From an uncultured Bacteroidota bacterium (lineage in GTDB: Bacteria > Bacteroidota > Bacteroidia > Flavobacteriales > Flavobacteriaceae), in the NCBI GenBank assembly GCA_903902795.1, contig CAIUWH010000015.1, forward strand, positions 13,279 to 77,278: DNA of 64,000 bases, read 5' to 3'. Below are positions 40,484 to 49,937 of the stretch, in pieces (position 1 is the first letter of the stretch; each line of letters opens with the position of its first letter). Made by a program: the position numbers and the translations under genes. A model generated the notes under the pieces. The model saw nothing but the letters and a program-made list of their open reading frames with translations. It was not told the DNA's origin and made no database searches.

Positions 40484-40551
40484 TTTATGGTTTATAGTTA
40501 GTTGTTAACTTCGAACATAAACGATAAACAATAAACCATCAGCAATAAACT
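40475..40551. repeat. Inverted pair of heptamer arrays ([G/A]GTTTAT / ATAAAC[N])
   Basis: ggtttat agtttat ggtttat ... ataaacg ataaaca ataaacc atcagca ataaact; 40475-40495 pairs with 40517-40537 at 19/21 positions. Confidence 0.85.
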
Positions 40552-40648
40552 TCAATGTTAATTAAATTGTTCAAAACAATTACAACCTTTTTTCATACAA
40601 TAAACGAAGTTACCTACTTTTAATAAGGATAATTTTAAATAAAAAGCT

Positions 40649-42043
40649 ATGCATTTGGAACACGACGAAGAAGACTACAATTTATCCTTATCAAAATTTG
40701 AATCGATGTTGAAAACCAACAAAGTATTCTTTTTTGACTCAGAGGAATTTGAAGAAATAATTCTTCATTACCTCGATATGGGTAAAGCCAATTTAGCGAA
40801 GAAAGCCTTAAAATTAGGTTTAGAACAACATCCCAAGTCGACTGGTTTAAAACTGGTTCAAGTGGAAATGTTGGTCTATGATGACAAACTCGAAATAGCC
40901 GAGCGATTGCTTAACGAGTTGTATGCCATTGAGCCTACGAATGAAGAAATTTTTATCCAAAAAGCCAATATTTATTCGAAGCGAGACAACCACGAAAAAG
41001 CAGTTGAATTGCTAGAAGAAGCGCTGAAATATACCGATGATTTTGCTGATGTGTACAATTTGATTGGCATGGAATTTTTGTTTATGGACAACCTTGAAAT
41101 GGCCAAAGAAAATTTCATCAAATGCCTCGAAGAAGATTACGAAGATCAATCTGCTTTATACAATGTAGTCTATTGTTTTGAGTTTTTAGACCAAAATGCA
41201 GAAGCCATTGAATACCTAAAAAAATATATTGATAAAAATCCGTATAGCGAAATCGCTTGGCATCAACAAGGTCGATTGTATTACGGATTAAAAGACTATG
41301 AAAATGCGGTTCGTGCCTTTGAATTTGCAACCTACATTGACGATCGTTTTCTTGGCGCTTTTATGGAAAATGGGAAAGCACTCGAACGTTTAAAACGATA
41401 TGAAGATGCAATTGAAAACTATGAAAGAACCATCGAATTGGATGATCCAACTTCTTACGCTTTATTGCGAATTGGAAAATGCCATGAAAAACTGGGACAT
41501 AAAGCTGAAGCTTTAAAATTCTTTGAAAAAACAGTACACGAAGATCCGCTTTTGGATAAAGGTTGGATTGCAATAACTGATTTTTACCAACGTCAGAAAA
41601 ATTACGACAAAGCCTTATATTACGTCAACAAAGCCATTGCAATCGATGATCAAAATCGAGCGTACTGGAAACGCTATGCTACCATAAATAAGGCGATTAG
41701 TAAGTTTGAGGAAGCAGAATACGGTTATCGAAAAGCGGTTGAATTTGGCGACGGACATCTTGATACGTGGTTGTTTTGGGTAGATGTACTGCAGCAATTG
41801 GGCGAATTTGATACCGCTGTACAAACCTTATTGCAATCGACCGAGTTTTTCCCAGACGAATACCAAGTAGAATACCGTTTAGCAGGATTGTATTTTATGC
41901 TCAAAGAAGAAGAAAAAGCAACCTTCCATTTAGTGAATGGTTTGAATTTGAACTTCAATAATCGTTCTATTTTAGAAGAGTCGTTTCCGACTATTTGGAA
42001 TAATAAAATCGTCCAAAGTTATATCGCCAAATACAAAAAATAG
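40649..42043 (+). CDS. Tetratricopeptide-repeat protein
   Basis: Serial TPR-like repeats; LSLSKFESMLKTNKVFFFDSEEFEEII N-terminus typical of a conserved Flavobacteriia family. Confidence 0.88.
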   Translation: MHLEHDEEDYNLSLSKFESMLKTNKVFFFDSEEFEEIILHYLDMGKANLAKKALKLGLEQHPKSTGLKLVQVEMLVYDDKLEIAERLLNELYAIEPTNEEIFIQKANIYSKRDNHEKAVELLEEALKYTDDFADVYNLIGMEFLFMDNLEMAKENFIKCLEEDYEDQSALYNVVYCFEFLDQNAEAIEYLKKYIDKNPYSEIAWHQQGRLYYGLKDYENAVRAFEFATYIDDRFLGAFMENGKALERLKRYEDAIENYERTIELDDPTSYALLRIGKCHEKLGHKAEALKFFEKTVHEDPLLDKGWIAITDFYQRQKNYDKALYYVNKAIAIDDQNRAYWKRYATINKAISKFEEAEYGYRKAVEFGDGHLDTWLFWVDVLQQLGEFDTAVQTLLQSTEFFPDEYQVEYRLAGLYFMLKEEEKATFHLVNGLNLNFNNRSILEESFPTIWNNKIVQSYIAKYKK

Positions 42044-42126
42044 TCGTTTGAAAAAATCGTTGCTCATCTCGTGCGTCTTTATTTGCAGCGGATTATATTT
42101 CCAATATCAACCATTAAATCTAATGG

Positions 42127-42867
42127 ATGGAAGCTAAACTGTTCGGTTTAATTGGAAAAAACATTTCCTATTCGTTCTCGAAAAAATACTTTAAAGAGAA
42201 GTTTTCTGCCGAACTTTTTAATGATTGCAGCTACGAAAATTTCGACATCGAAAGCATTGATTTGTTTCCGGAAATTATCGAAAATAATCCCAACCTAAAA
42301 GGATTGAATGTAACGATTCCGTATAAAGAAACCATCATTCCATTTCTTGATAAACTATCCACAAAAGCCCAGCTAATTGGAGCGGTAAACGTAATTCGTT
42401 TCACCAAAAAAGGGAAACTAAAAGGATATAATTCTGATTATTACGGATTTAAAAAATCGATACAACCGCTACTCCAACCCCATCATAAAAAAGCGCTTAT
42501 TCTCGGCACTGGTGGAGCAGCAAAAGCGGTTGCGTTTGCTCTCGATGAACTGAATATACTGTATAGTTTTGTTTCGCGTCAACCCAAAATCAACACCATC
42601 GATTACAAGTATATCAACGCTACTACATTCGACAATTACCAAATCATCATCAATTGTACGCCCTTGGGCACGAAGACCAATCCGAAGGAATTTCCCGATA
42701 TTCCTTATGAGTTCTTAACATCCAATCACCTCGCGTACGATTTGATTTACAATCCCACTGAAAGCCAATTTTTAAAAAAAGCAAAGAAAAAAGGTGCGTT
42801 GATAAAAAATGGTTATGAAATGCTCGTTTTACAAGCCGAAAAAGCATGGCGCATTTGGAACAAATAG
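42127..42867 (+). CDS. aroE: Shikimate dehydrogenase
   Basis: GLNVTIPYKE, GAVN, NSDYYGF, LGTGGAAKA, INCTPLG, DLIYNP. Confidence 0.92.
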   Translation: MEAKLFGLIGKNISYSFSKKYFKEKFSAELFNDCSYENFDIESIDLFPEIIENNPNLKGLNVTIPYKETIIPFLDKLSTKAQLIGAVNVIRFTKKGKLKGYNSDYYGFKKSIQPLLQPHHKKALILGTGGAAKAVAFALDELNILYSFVSRQPKINTIDYKYINATTFDNYQIIINCTPLGTKTNPKEFPDIPYEFLTSNHLAYDLIYNPTESQFLKKAKKKGALIKNGYEMLVLQAEKAWRIWNK

Positions 42868-43028
42868 CAAGCGAACTACAAGTTACTTTCCTCCTCGATT
42901 TTTCCATGTTTAGGAAATAAATTCAATTTTAAGTAAAAAAGAAACAGAAACACTTGATTTTCTTTGAATTTTCAAGGGTGTTTACTATCTTTCGCCCTCA
43001 AAAATTGTATAACCTTACACATTTTATA

Positions 43029-45272
43029 ATGTTAGAAGAAAAGAATGATAACCTGCCAGCGACTGAAAATGAGGCAGACGGAAATGTAAACAACGATTTG
43101 CAAGAAACAATTAGTATTGAAAATCAGGAAGTTGAGCCAATCGAGGAAACTAGTGAAGAAGCAGTAGAATTGATTTCGGATACTGAAGTGGAAGCTCCAA
43201 TTGCAGCGGAAGAAACTGTTGAAGAAACTGTAGAATTAGTTCCTGATACTGAAGTAGAAGCGCCGATTATTGCAGAAGAGGAACAAGAAAATGATGTAGA
43301 AGTTGAAGATCTTGTTGGCGAACAAATCACGGAAACTCCTACAGAAGTCTCAACTCCGGAAAACACTGCTGATGTTGAAAGCGAAGTTTCTACAGAAGTT
43401 GAAAACGTAATTGAACTTACAGACGAACAAGTTGCAGACGATGCCATGGTTTATGAAGATGAATCTGACTTTGTGATGAATGCAATCTCCAACGTAAATG
43501 CAGAAGAAAGCGAAGACGAAACCTTAAAAGACCGTCATGATATTCCGATGGAAGATTATGAAGCGATGTCGATGGAAGCCTTAGTAGCTGAGCTTGAAAA
43601 ATTGGCTGAAGTTGAAAAAGTAATGTCGGTTAAAGACCATGTGGAAGAAATAAAAAAATCGTTTTTATCGAAATACTATCATTTTATCGATGAGAAAAAA
43701 GATGAATGGCAGGCTCAAAATCCTGACACCACGGAAGATTTCCATTATCATTTCCCATTAAAAGCAGTTTTTGACAACGCTTACAATCAATATAAAGCAA
43801 GGAAAAATAGTCATTTTAAATCACTGCAAAGCAATTTAGAAACGAATTTAAAAAATCGTTTGGCTTTGGTAGAAGAATTAAAAAATTTAGTCAATAATTC
43901 AACCGGAAACATCTCAACGGCTTTAAAGCAATTGAATGACATCAGAGAACGTTGGAAAAACGCCGGTCCGATTCCGAAAGACAAATACAACCACGTTTGG
44001 AATAACTACCATTTCCACATTGAAAACTTCTACGATTTCTTGCATTTGGATCGCGAAGCCCGTGACTTGGATTTCAAACACAATTTAGAATTAAAGCAAA
44101 AAATTATAGCACGCGTTGAAGAGTTATTACACGAAAGTGACATCAACAAGGCGTTCAGAGAATTACAGGATTTACACCGCATCTGGAAAGAAGAAATCGG
44201 ACCTGTTTCTCGTGAACAACGCGAACTAATTTGGACACAATTCAGTGATCTGACCAAACAAATGCACGACAAACGCGAGGCCTTTTACGAAAGTTTTCGA
44301 GAAAAAGAAAACGAAAACTTAGCTAAGAAAAAAGAACTTATTGCTCAAATCGAAACCTTGGCTATCGAAAAAGTTGATTCGCACGGCGCTTGGCAAGAGC
44401 AAATGGCAAAAGTGGAAGCGTTGCGAAATACATTCTTCGCTACAGGTAAAGTTCCGAGTGAAGTCAATGAACAAACGTGGGCGGAATTTAAAAACGCGGT
44501 GAAGGATTTCAACGTACTTAAAAATTCGTTTTACAAAGACATCAAGAAAGACCAAAACGATAATTTATCCAAAAAACAAGCGTTGGTTGCGAAAGCCAAC
44601 GAGTTGAAAGAAAGCGAAGATTTTGCAGCTACGACTCCAATCATGAAGCAAATTCAGGAGGAATGGAGATCAATTGGACATGTACCGCGCAAATTTTCTG
44701 ACAAATTGTGGGGCGAATTCAAACAAGCCTGCAACCACTATTTTGACCGTTTGAAAGACAGCAAAAAAGAGGAAAACGCTGAAGAAGTTGAAGCATTTGA
44801 AAAGAAAAAAGAATACCTTGAATCGATGAAATCGTTTGAATTGGTGGGCGATCACAAAACCGATTTGGATGCAATAAAAGCGCACATCGAAACATGGAAA
44901 ACCATAGGTAAAGTGCCGTTTAACCGTCGCCATATCGAAGGGAAATTCAATAAAATATTAGATGCACTTTTTGACAAATTGAGTTCGAGTAAAAAAGAAG
45001 GAGAAAAATTGCGTTTTGCCAACCGATTGGATCAATTATCAAGTTCGGATGATACGCGTAAATTGGATAACGAAAAGATATTCATGATGCGTAAGATTGA
45101 CGAAATTCAGGGTGAAATCTTCCAATTGGAAAACAACATTCAGTTTTTTGCCAATGCTAAAGCCGATAATCCTATGGTAAAAGAAGTACGTAAAAACATC
45201 GAACGCCAAAAAGAAGAATTGTTGGTTTGGAAAGACAAATTGAAACAATTGAGAAATCTGAAAAAAGAATAA
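43029..45272 (+). CDS. DUF349 domain protein with acidic low-complexity N-terminus
   Basis: Repeated ERWKNAGPIP / EEWRSIGHVP / TWKTIGKVP units; start MLEEKND at 43029. Confidence 0.85.
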   Translation: MLEEKNDNLPATENEADGNVNNDLQETISIENQEVEPIEETSEEAVELISDTEVEAPIAAEETVEETVELVPDTEVEAPIIAEEEQENDVEVEDLVGEQITETPTEVSTPENTADVESEVSTEVENVIELTDEQVADDAMVYEDESDFVMNAISNVNAEESEDETLKDRHDIPMEDYEAMSMEALVAELEKLAEVEKVMSVKDHVEEIKKSFLSKYYHFIDEKKDEWQAQNPDTTEDFHYHFPLKAVFDNAYNQYKARKNSHFKSLQSNLETNLKNRLALVEELKNLVNNSTGNISTALKQLNDIRERWKNAGPIPKDKYNHVWNNYHFHIENFYDFLHLDREARDLDFKHNLELKQKIIARVEELLHESDINKAFRELQDLHRIWKEEIGPVSREQRELIWTQFSDLTKQMHDKREAFYESFREKENENLAKKKELIAQIETLAIEKVDSHGAWQEQMAKVEALRNTFFATGKVPSEVNEQTWAEFKNAVKDFNVLKNSFYKDIKKDQNDNLSKKQALVAKANELKESEDFAATTPIMKQIQEEWRSIGHVPRKFSDKLWGEFKQACNHYFDRLKDSKKEENAEEVEAFEKKKEYLESMKSFELVGDHKTDLDAIKAHIETWKTIGKVPFNRRHIEGKFNKILDALFDKLSSSKKEGEKLRFANRLDQLSSSDDTRKLDNEKIFMMRKIDEIQGEIFQLENNIQFFANAKADNPMVKEVRKNIERQKEELLVWKDKLKQLRNLKKE

Positions 45273-45283
45273 ATTCTATCTAT

Positions 45284-45313
45284 AAAAACTCTTCCCACGA
45301 AGAGTTTTTTTTT
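45284..45313 (+). terminator. Intrinsic terminator
   Basis: aaaaactcttc-ccac-gaagagttttt plus T tract. Confidence 0.75.
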
Positions 45314-45337
45314 CGTCATTTTTTAAAGATTGGATTG

Positions 45338-45345
45338 TATATTTG
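45338..45345 (+). promoter_or_regulatory. Bacteroidota sigma70 -7 element for prmA
   Basis: tatatttg upstream of ATG 45360. Confidence 0.55.
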
Positions 45346-45359
45346 CAAAAAAAATAATC

Positions 45360-46193
45360 ATGTCCAATTCCTATATCGGCTATCATTTTACAGTAGAACC
45401 CAAAGAACTCGGAACTGAAATCCTCATCGCACAATTGGGTGAAACTGCTTTTGAAAGTTTTATTGAAACCGAAGACGGATTTTCAGCTTACATTCAGAAA
45501 GAGTTGTGGACAGCCGATGTGTTGGAGGATGTGTATGTGATGCAATCGCCCGAATTTACTATTTCATACAACTACGAAGAAATCGAACAAGTAAATTGGA
45601 ACGAAGAATGGGAGAAAAATTTCGAACCGATTGATGTCGACGGAATGTGTCATGTTCGTGCGCCGTTTCATCCGAAAACCGATGCCGAATTTGACATTGT
45701 GATTGAACCCAAAATGAGTTTCGGAACCGGACACCACGAAACCACACACATGATGATTCAGCATTTACTAGCAATGGATGTGAACAATATGAAAACTCTT
45801 GATATGGGTTGCGGTACAGCCATTTTAGCCATATTAGCCGAAATGAAAGGCGCTCAACCTATCGATGCGATTGATATTGATAATTGGTGTTATTTGAATT
45901 CGATTGAAAATGCCGAACGCAACAATTGTTCGCAGATTACGGTGTATGAAGGAGAAGCCGATTTACTGAAAGGAAAGCAGTACGATTTGATTATTGCCAA
46001 CATCAACAGAAATATTTTGTTGAACGATATGCAACAGTATGTGGATTGTTTGAATGACAATGGAATACTACTTTTAAGTGGGTTTTATACCGAAGACATT
46101 CCGTTTATCGATGCTTCGTGTGTAGAAAAAGGCTTGACATTTGTGACGCAATTAGAACGAAACAATTGGGTTTCATTAAAATATATAAAATAG
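45360..46193 (+). CDS. prmA: Ribosomal protein L11 methyltransferase
   Basis: IEPKMSFGTGHHETT, LDMGCGTAILAI, IIANIN, LLSG. Confidence 0.95.
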   Translation: MSNSYIGYHFTVEPKELGTEILIAQLGETAFESFIETEDGFSAYIQKELWTADVLEDVYVMQSPEFTISYNYEEIEQVNWNEEWEKNFEPIDVDGMCHVRAPFHPKTDAEFDIVIEPKMSFGTGHHETTHMMIQHLLAMDVNNMKTLDMGCGTAILAILAEMKGAQPIDAIDIDNWCYLNSIENAERNNCSQITVYEGEADLLKGKQYDLIIANINRNILLNDMQQYVDCLNDNGILLLSGFYTEDIPFIDASCVEKGLTFVTQLERNNWVSLKYIK

Positions 46194-46213
46194 TACAATT
46201 AGCTTTTATGAAC

Positions 46214-46489
46214 ATGAGTACAATCGAAAAGGTACAGGAAGATGTCCTAGTAGAAGAGCAAATCGGGATTAACAATGAAATTGTGTTGTACAATGATGAT
46301 GTCAACACATTTGACCACGTGATTGAAACGTTAATTCGGGTTTGCAGCCATACGTCGGAACAAGCCGAGCAATGCGCGATTTTGGTACATTACAAAGGAA
46401 AATGCACGGTAAAAACCGGTTCGTTTGACGAATTAAAACCGCAATGCACCCAACTTTTGGAAGCCGGTTTGAGCGCAGAAATTGTTTAA
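46214..46489 (+). CDS. clpS: ATP-dependent Clp protease adaptor ClpS
   Basis: VLYNDDVNTFDHVI...QCAILVHYKGKC; start at 46208 or 46214. Confidence 0.9.
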   Translation: MSTIEKVQEDVLVEEQIGINNEIVLYNDDVNTFDHVIETLIRVCSHTSEQAEQCAILVHYKGKCTVKTGSFDELKPQCTQLLEAGLSAEIV

Positions 46490-46491
46490 GA

Positions 46492-46905
46492 TTAGTGCGG
46501 TAAATAATCTTTGATTACGCCGTAGATGAATGTTCCGAGTAGCGCGCCCAAAAATACTAGAAAAATAGTTGAAAATCCGGCACCAATCAGAATGAATATC
46601 GGACCAGGGCAAGAACCCACAAGCGCCCATCCTAAACCAAAAATCAGTCCGCCAATCCAATAGCGAATGGTTCCTTTTTCTTTGTCTTGAATTACGATAG
46701 GAGTACCTTTGATGTCGTTAACTTTTTTACGTTTGATTATTTGAATACCGATTAATCCTACTGCGACGGCGGTCATGATGATTCCATACATGTGAAACGA
46801 GTGAAACTGAAACATTTCATAAATTCGGTACCACGAAATCGCTTCACTTTTGGTTAAAACGATTCCGAATACAAACCCAACAACTAAGTATTTTATTAAA
46901 TTCAT
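46492..46905 (-). CDS. YeeE/YedE family (sulfur-compound transporter) half-protein
   Basis: GGLIFGLGWALVGSCPGP. Confidence 0.85.
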   Translation of the reverse strand: MNLIKYLVVGFVFGIVLTKSEAISWYRIYEMFQFHSFHMYGIIMTAVAVGLIGIQIIKRKKVNDIKGTPIVIQDKEKGTIRYWIGGLIFGLGWALVGSCPGPIFILIGAGFSTIFLVFLGALLGTFIYGVIKDYLPH

Positions 46906-46908
46906 CTT

Positions 46909-47466
46909 TTAAAAAATTAAGGGTAAAATAAAATGTGCCATCACCAATCCGCCGATAAAAAAACCGATTAAAGCTTTGAGCGAAGGTTTTTGTAAATTAC
47001 TAAGACCAGAAATGGCATGACCTGAAGTACATCCTCCAGCATAACGTGAGCCAAATCCGATCATAAATCCACCTAAAACTAAAATAAAAATCAATTTCAC
47101 CGACGAATATGCCGCTGAGCCAAACAAGGCATCGGGTAACAGTTTTCCGTTGGGTTGATCGATTCCCAATTCGTACAGTTGAACTTGAGTCGCTTCACTT
47201 ATACTAACATTCGAAGCATCGGACAAAAAATGTACTGCTACAAATCCGCCCAGCATGGCGCCAAAAACAACAACTAAATTCCAACGTTGCGACTTCCAAT
47301 CCCAATCGAAAAAGGGAAAACGTTTTCCTATTCCCGTCATCGAGCATAAACTTCGTAAATTAGAAGACATTCCGAAATTTTTTCCGAAATACGTCAATAC
47401 TAACAAAATCATACCTATTATAAATCCGGATATCGACCAATGCCAAGTTTGAGATAGTAGCTCCAT
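46909..47466 (-). CDS. YeeE/YedE family (sulfur-compound transporter) half-protein
   Basis: GFMIGFGSRYAGGCTSGHAISG. Confidence 0.88.
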   Translation of the reverse strand: MELLSQTWHWSISGFIIGMILLVLTYFGKNFGMSSNLRSLCSMTGIGKRFPFFDWDWKSQRWNLVVVFGAMLGGFVAVHFLSDASNVSISEATQVQLYELGIDQPNGKLLPDALFGSAAYSSVKLIFILVLGGFMIGFGSRYAGGCTSGHAISGLSNLQKPSLKALIGFFIGGLVMAHFILPLIF

Positions 47467-47591
47467 ATTTTTAAATTTGATTTACAAAAGTAAGTATCCT
47501 ATAGTATAAAAAGCAAAACTTTCATTATTAATTTAAATTAAAAAGTAATCAAATTTGGCAGTATTTTTGTACCAACAATGAAAACCAAACC

Positions 47592-48047
47592 ATGAAAAAA
47601 ATCATCTTCAGCTTGCTCGTTTTACCTCTGTTATTTTCGTGTGTCAGCACAAAATCTACTATTAAAAACATTGACGATTCCGCTCAAAAGCCATCGGTTA
47701 CAGACAATAGCTTTGTCATCACAGAATACAGCAACGATAAAAAATACGGCTACGATAAAGACTATCCTATTAACATTGGATTCAATTTAGAAAACTTGGC
47801 TCCTCAAAATATAAGTTATTTTTTTAATGCACTTAAAGGCAGTAATGGGGAAACTTTTACCTATGAAAAGTTAGAAAGTTGCTGTCCTTTCCCAACCAAA
47901 AAAACCAATATGGGTGCAGGAACATTAGATGTATATCAAATCACCTTTACATCTTCACAGAAAAAAGTCATTTTATACTTTAATATATATGAGAAAGGCA
48001 AAATCATGTGTCCGAGTGGTTTCGAAATCAAAAAACAATCAAACTAA
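47592..48047 (+). CDS. Lipoprotein of unknown function
   Basis: Lipobox LLFSC after a signal peptide; SCCPF motif. Confidence 0.75.
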   Translation: MKKIIFSLLVLPLLFSCVSTKSTIKNIDDSAQKPSVTDNSFVITEYSNDKKYGYDKDYPINIGFNLENLAPQNISYFFNALKGSNGETFTYEKLESCCPFPTKKTNMGAGTLDVYQITFTSSQKKVILYFNIYEKGKIMCPSGFEIKKQSN

Positions 48048-48131
48048 TTCAATTTGAGTTAATTTTTGACAGAACATTAACACGAAATTCGCACAAATTC
48101 TCACTATCTTCGCACTGCAAAACAACGAACT

Positions 48132-48950
48132 ATGAACATTCAACATATACCTCAAATTCAGCATACACAAAGTGGAAACTTCTTCTTACTGGCCGGACCT
48201 TGTGCCATTGAAGGAGAAGAGATGGCCATGAAGATTGCCGAACGACTCGTTACCATATCTGATAAATTAGAAATTCCATTGGTATTTAAAGGTTCCTTTA
48301 AAAAAGCTAATCGTTCTAGAATTGACAGTTTCTCAGGAATTGGCGATGAAAAAGCACTGAAAATATTAAGAAAAGTATCTGAAACGTTTCGAATTCCTAC
48401 TGTTACTGACATTCATACCAATGAAGATGCTGATAAAGCCGCAGAGTATGTAGATGTACTTCAAATTCCGGCTTTTTTAGTGCGCCAAACCGATTTAGTG
48501 GTTGCAGCGGCGAAAACTGGGAAAACGGTAAATCTGAAAAAAGGACAATTCATGAGTCCGGAGAGCATGAAACACGCTGTGCAAAAGGTACTGGATTGTG
48601 AAAATCAAAATGTAATGGTCACCGATAGAGGAACCATGTTTGGGTATCAAGACATGATTGTTGATTTTAGAGGAATTCCAACCATGCAAAATTATGCAAC
48701 GACTGTATTGGACGTTACTCATTCGTTACAGCAACCCAATCAAACCATTGGTGTAACAGGTGGAAGACCTGATATGATTGAAACAATTGCTAAAGCCGGA
48801 ATTGTGGTAGGTGTAGACGGGTTATTTATTGAAACCCATTTTGATCCTGCGAATGCTAAAAGTGATGGAGCCAATATGCTACACTTAGACCTTTTTGAAG
48901 GATTAATGACAAAACTAGTAGCAATCCGAAGAACCATCAATCAATTTTAA
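48132..48950 (+). CDS. kdsA: KDO-8-phosphate synthase
   Basis: AGPCAIE, KGSFKKANRS, QIPAFLVRQTDL, KKGQF, DVTHSLQQP. Confidence 0.95.
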   Translation: MNIQHIPQIQHTQSGNFFLLAGPCAIEGEEMAMKIAERLVTISDKLEIPLVFKGSFKKANRSRIDSFSGIGDEKALKILRKVSETFRIPTVTDIHTNEDADKAAEYVDVLQIPAFLVRQTDLVVAAAKTGKTVNLKKGQFMSPESMKHAVQKVLDCENQNVMVTDRGTMFGYQDMIVDFRGIPTMQNYATTVLDVTHSLQQPNQTIGVTGGRPDMIETIAKAGIVVGVDGLFIETHFDPANAKSDGANMLHLDLFEGLMTKLVAIRRTINQF

Positions 48951-48975
48951 TTTTAGATATCCCAATCAACACTTA

Positions 48976-49860
48976 ATGAAAATAATTTACACGCTTATCT
49001 TTAGCTTTATAATTACTACCGTTTTTTCACAAGAAATTGATATAAAACCTGCGAAATTTACCGCACACAACAAAGGTAAATTTTATGTTTTTTGGGGTGG
49101 AAATCGCGAAAATTTTTCTAAATCGGACATCACCTTTAAGGGAGAAAATTATAATTTTACCGCTGAAGATGTTATTGCAGATGACAAACCAAAGGGTTGG
49201 CATCTTGATTATGTAAATCCTTCTAGAATGACCATTCCGCAAACCAACATTCGAATTGGTTATTTCATTAGCGATCATTATAATATTTCTATTGGATTAG
49301 ATCATATGAAATATGTGGTCCGACAAACGCAAACAGTACCTGTTTCAGGTTATATAAACTTACCTACCGATGATGCAGGTTCAATTTACAACGGAACTTA
49401 CAGTAGCACTCAGGTGAATTTATTTACTAATTTTGATGAGAATGATTTAGGAACATTACCTCCTTTTTTAACTTTCGAGCATACCGATGGATTAAATTAT
49501 GTTAATTCGGAACTGTCCAGAGTGGATGATATTTCAAAATTTTTTAAGATTGGAAATACCGACACTATTCAACTTAATCTTACAGAAGGAATTGGCGCGG
49601 GTTTACTGTATCCGAAAACTAATTCCAAAATAATCGGAAAGGAACGCTATGATGAATTTCATGTTTCTGGATTTGGATTATCGGCCAAAGTGGGATTGAA
49701 CATCACCTTTTTTAAATATTTTTTCCTTCAAACTGAGATAAAAGGCGGTTTCGTCTCAATGAAAAACATTCGCACAACTACTTCAGAATCGGATTCCGCC
49801 CAGCAAAACTTTTATTTTTTACAGAGAATAATTGCCTTTGGTGGAATTTTCAATATTTAA
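48976..49860 (+). CDS. Putative outer-membrane beta-barrel protein
   Basis: Signal peptide, alternating beta pattern, C-terminal FGGIFNI. Confidence 0.6.
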   Translation: MKIIYTLIFSFIITTVFSQEIDIKPAKFTAHNKGKFYVFWGGNRENFSKSDITFKGENYNFTAEDVIADDKPKGWHLDYVNPSRMTIPQTNIRIGYFISDHYNISIGLDHMKYVVRQTQTVPVSGYINLPTDDAGSIYNGTYSSTQVNLFTNFDENDLGTLPPFLTFEHTDGLNYVNSELSRVDDISKFFKIGNTDTIQLNLTEGIGAGLLYPKTNSKIIGKERYDEFHVSGFGLSAKVGLNITFFKYFFLQTEIKGGFVSMKNIRTTTSESDSAQQNFYFLQRIIAFGGIFNI

Positions 49861-49937
49861 TATTTAAAATGTAATTTTTTTTTATATTTTTGGTAATCGT
49901 TAGTTAATCAAATCAAACAAACTATATTACCATCTTT

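Noticed and set aside
43124-43447. Ser/Thr-rich minus-strand ORF and other long antisense ORFs (e.g. 34344-34742, 36024-36422)
   Set aside because: They are reverse-frame shadows of well-supported genes and have no independent motifs.
46492-47466. Two adjacent YeeE/YedE ORFs as a broken gene
   Set aside because: Each has its own start, stop and Cys motif, and paired half-size YeeE/YedE genes are a common arrangement.
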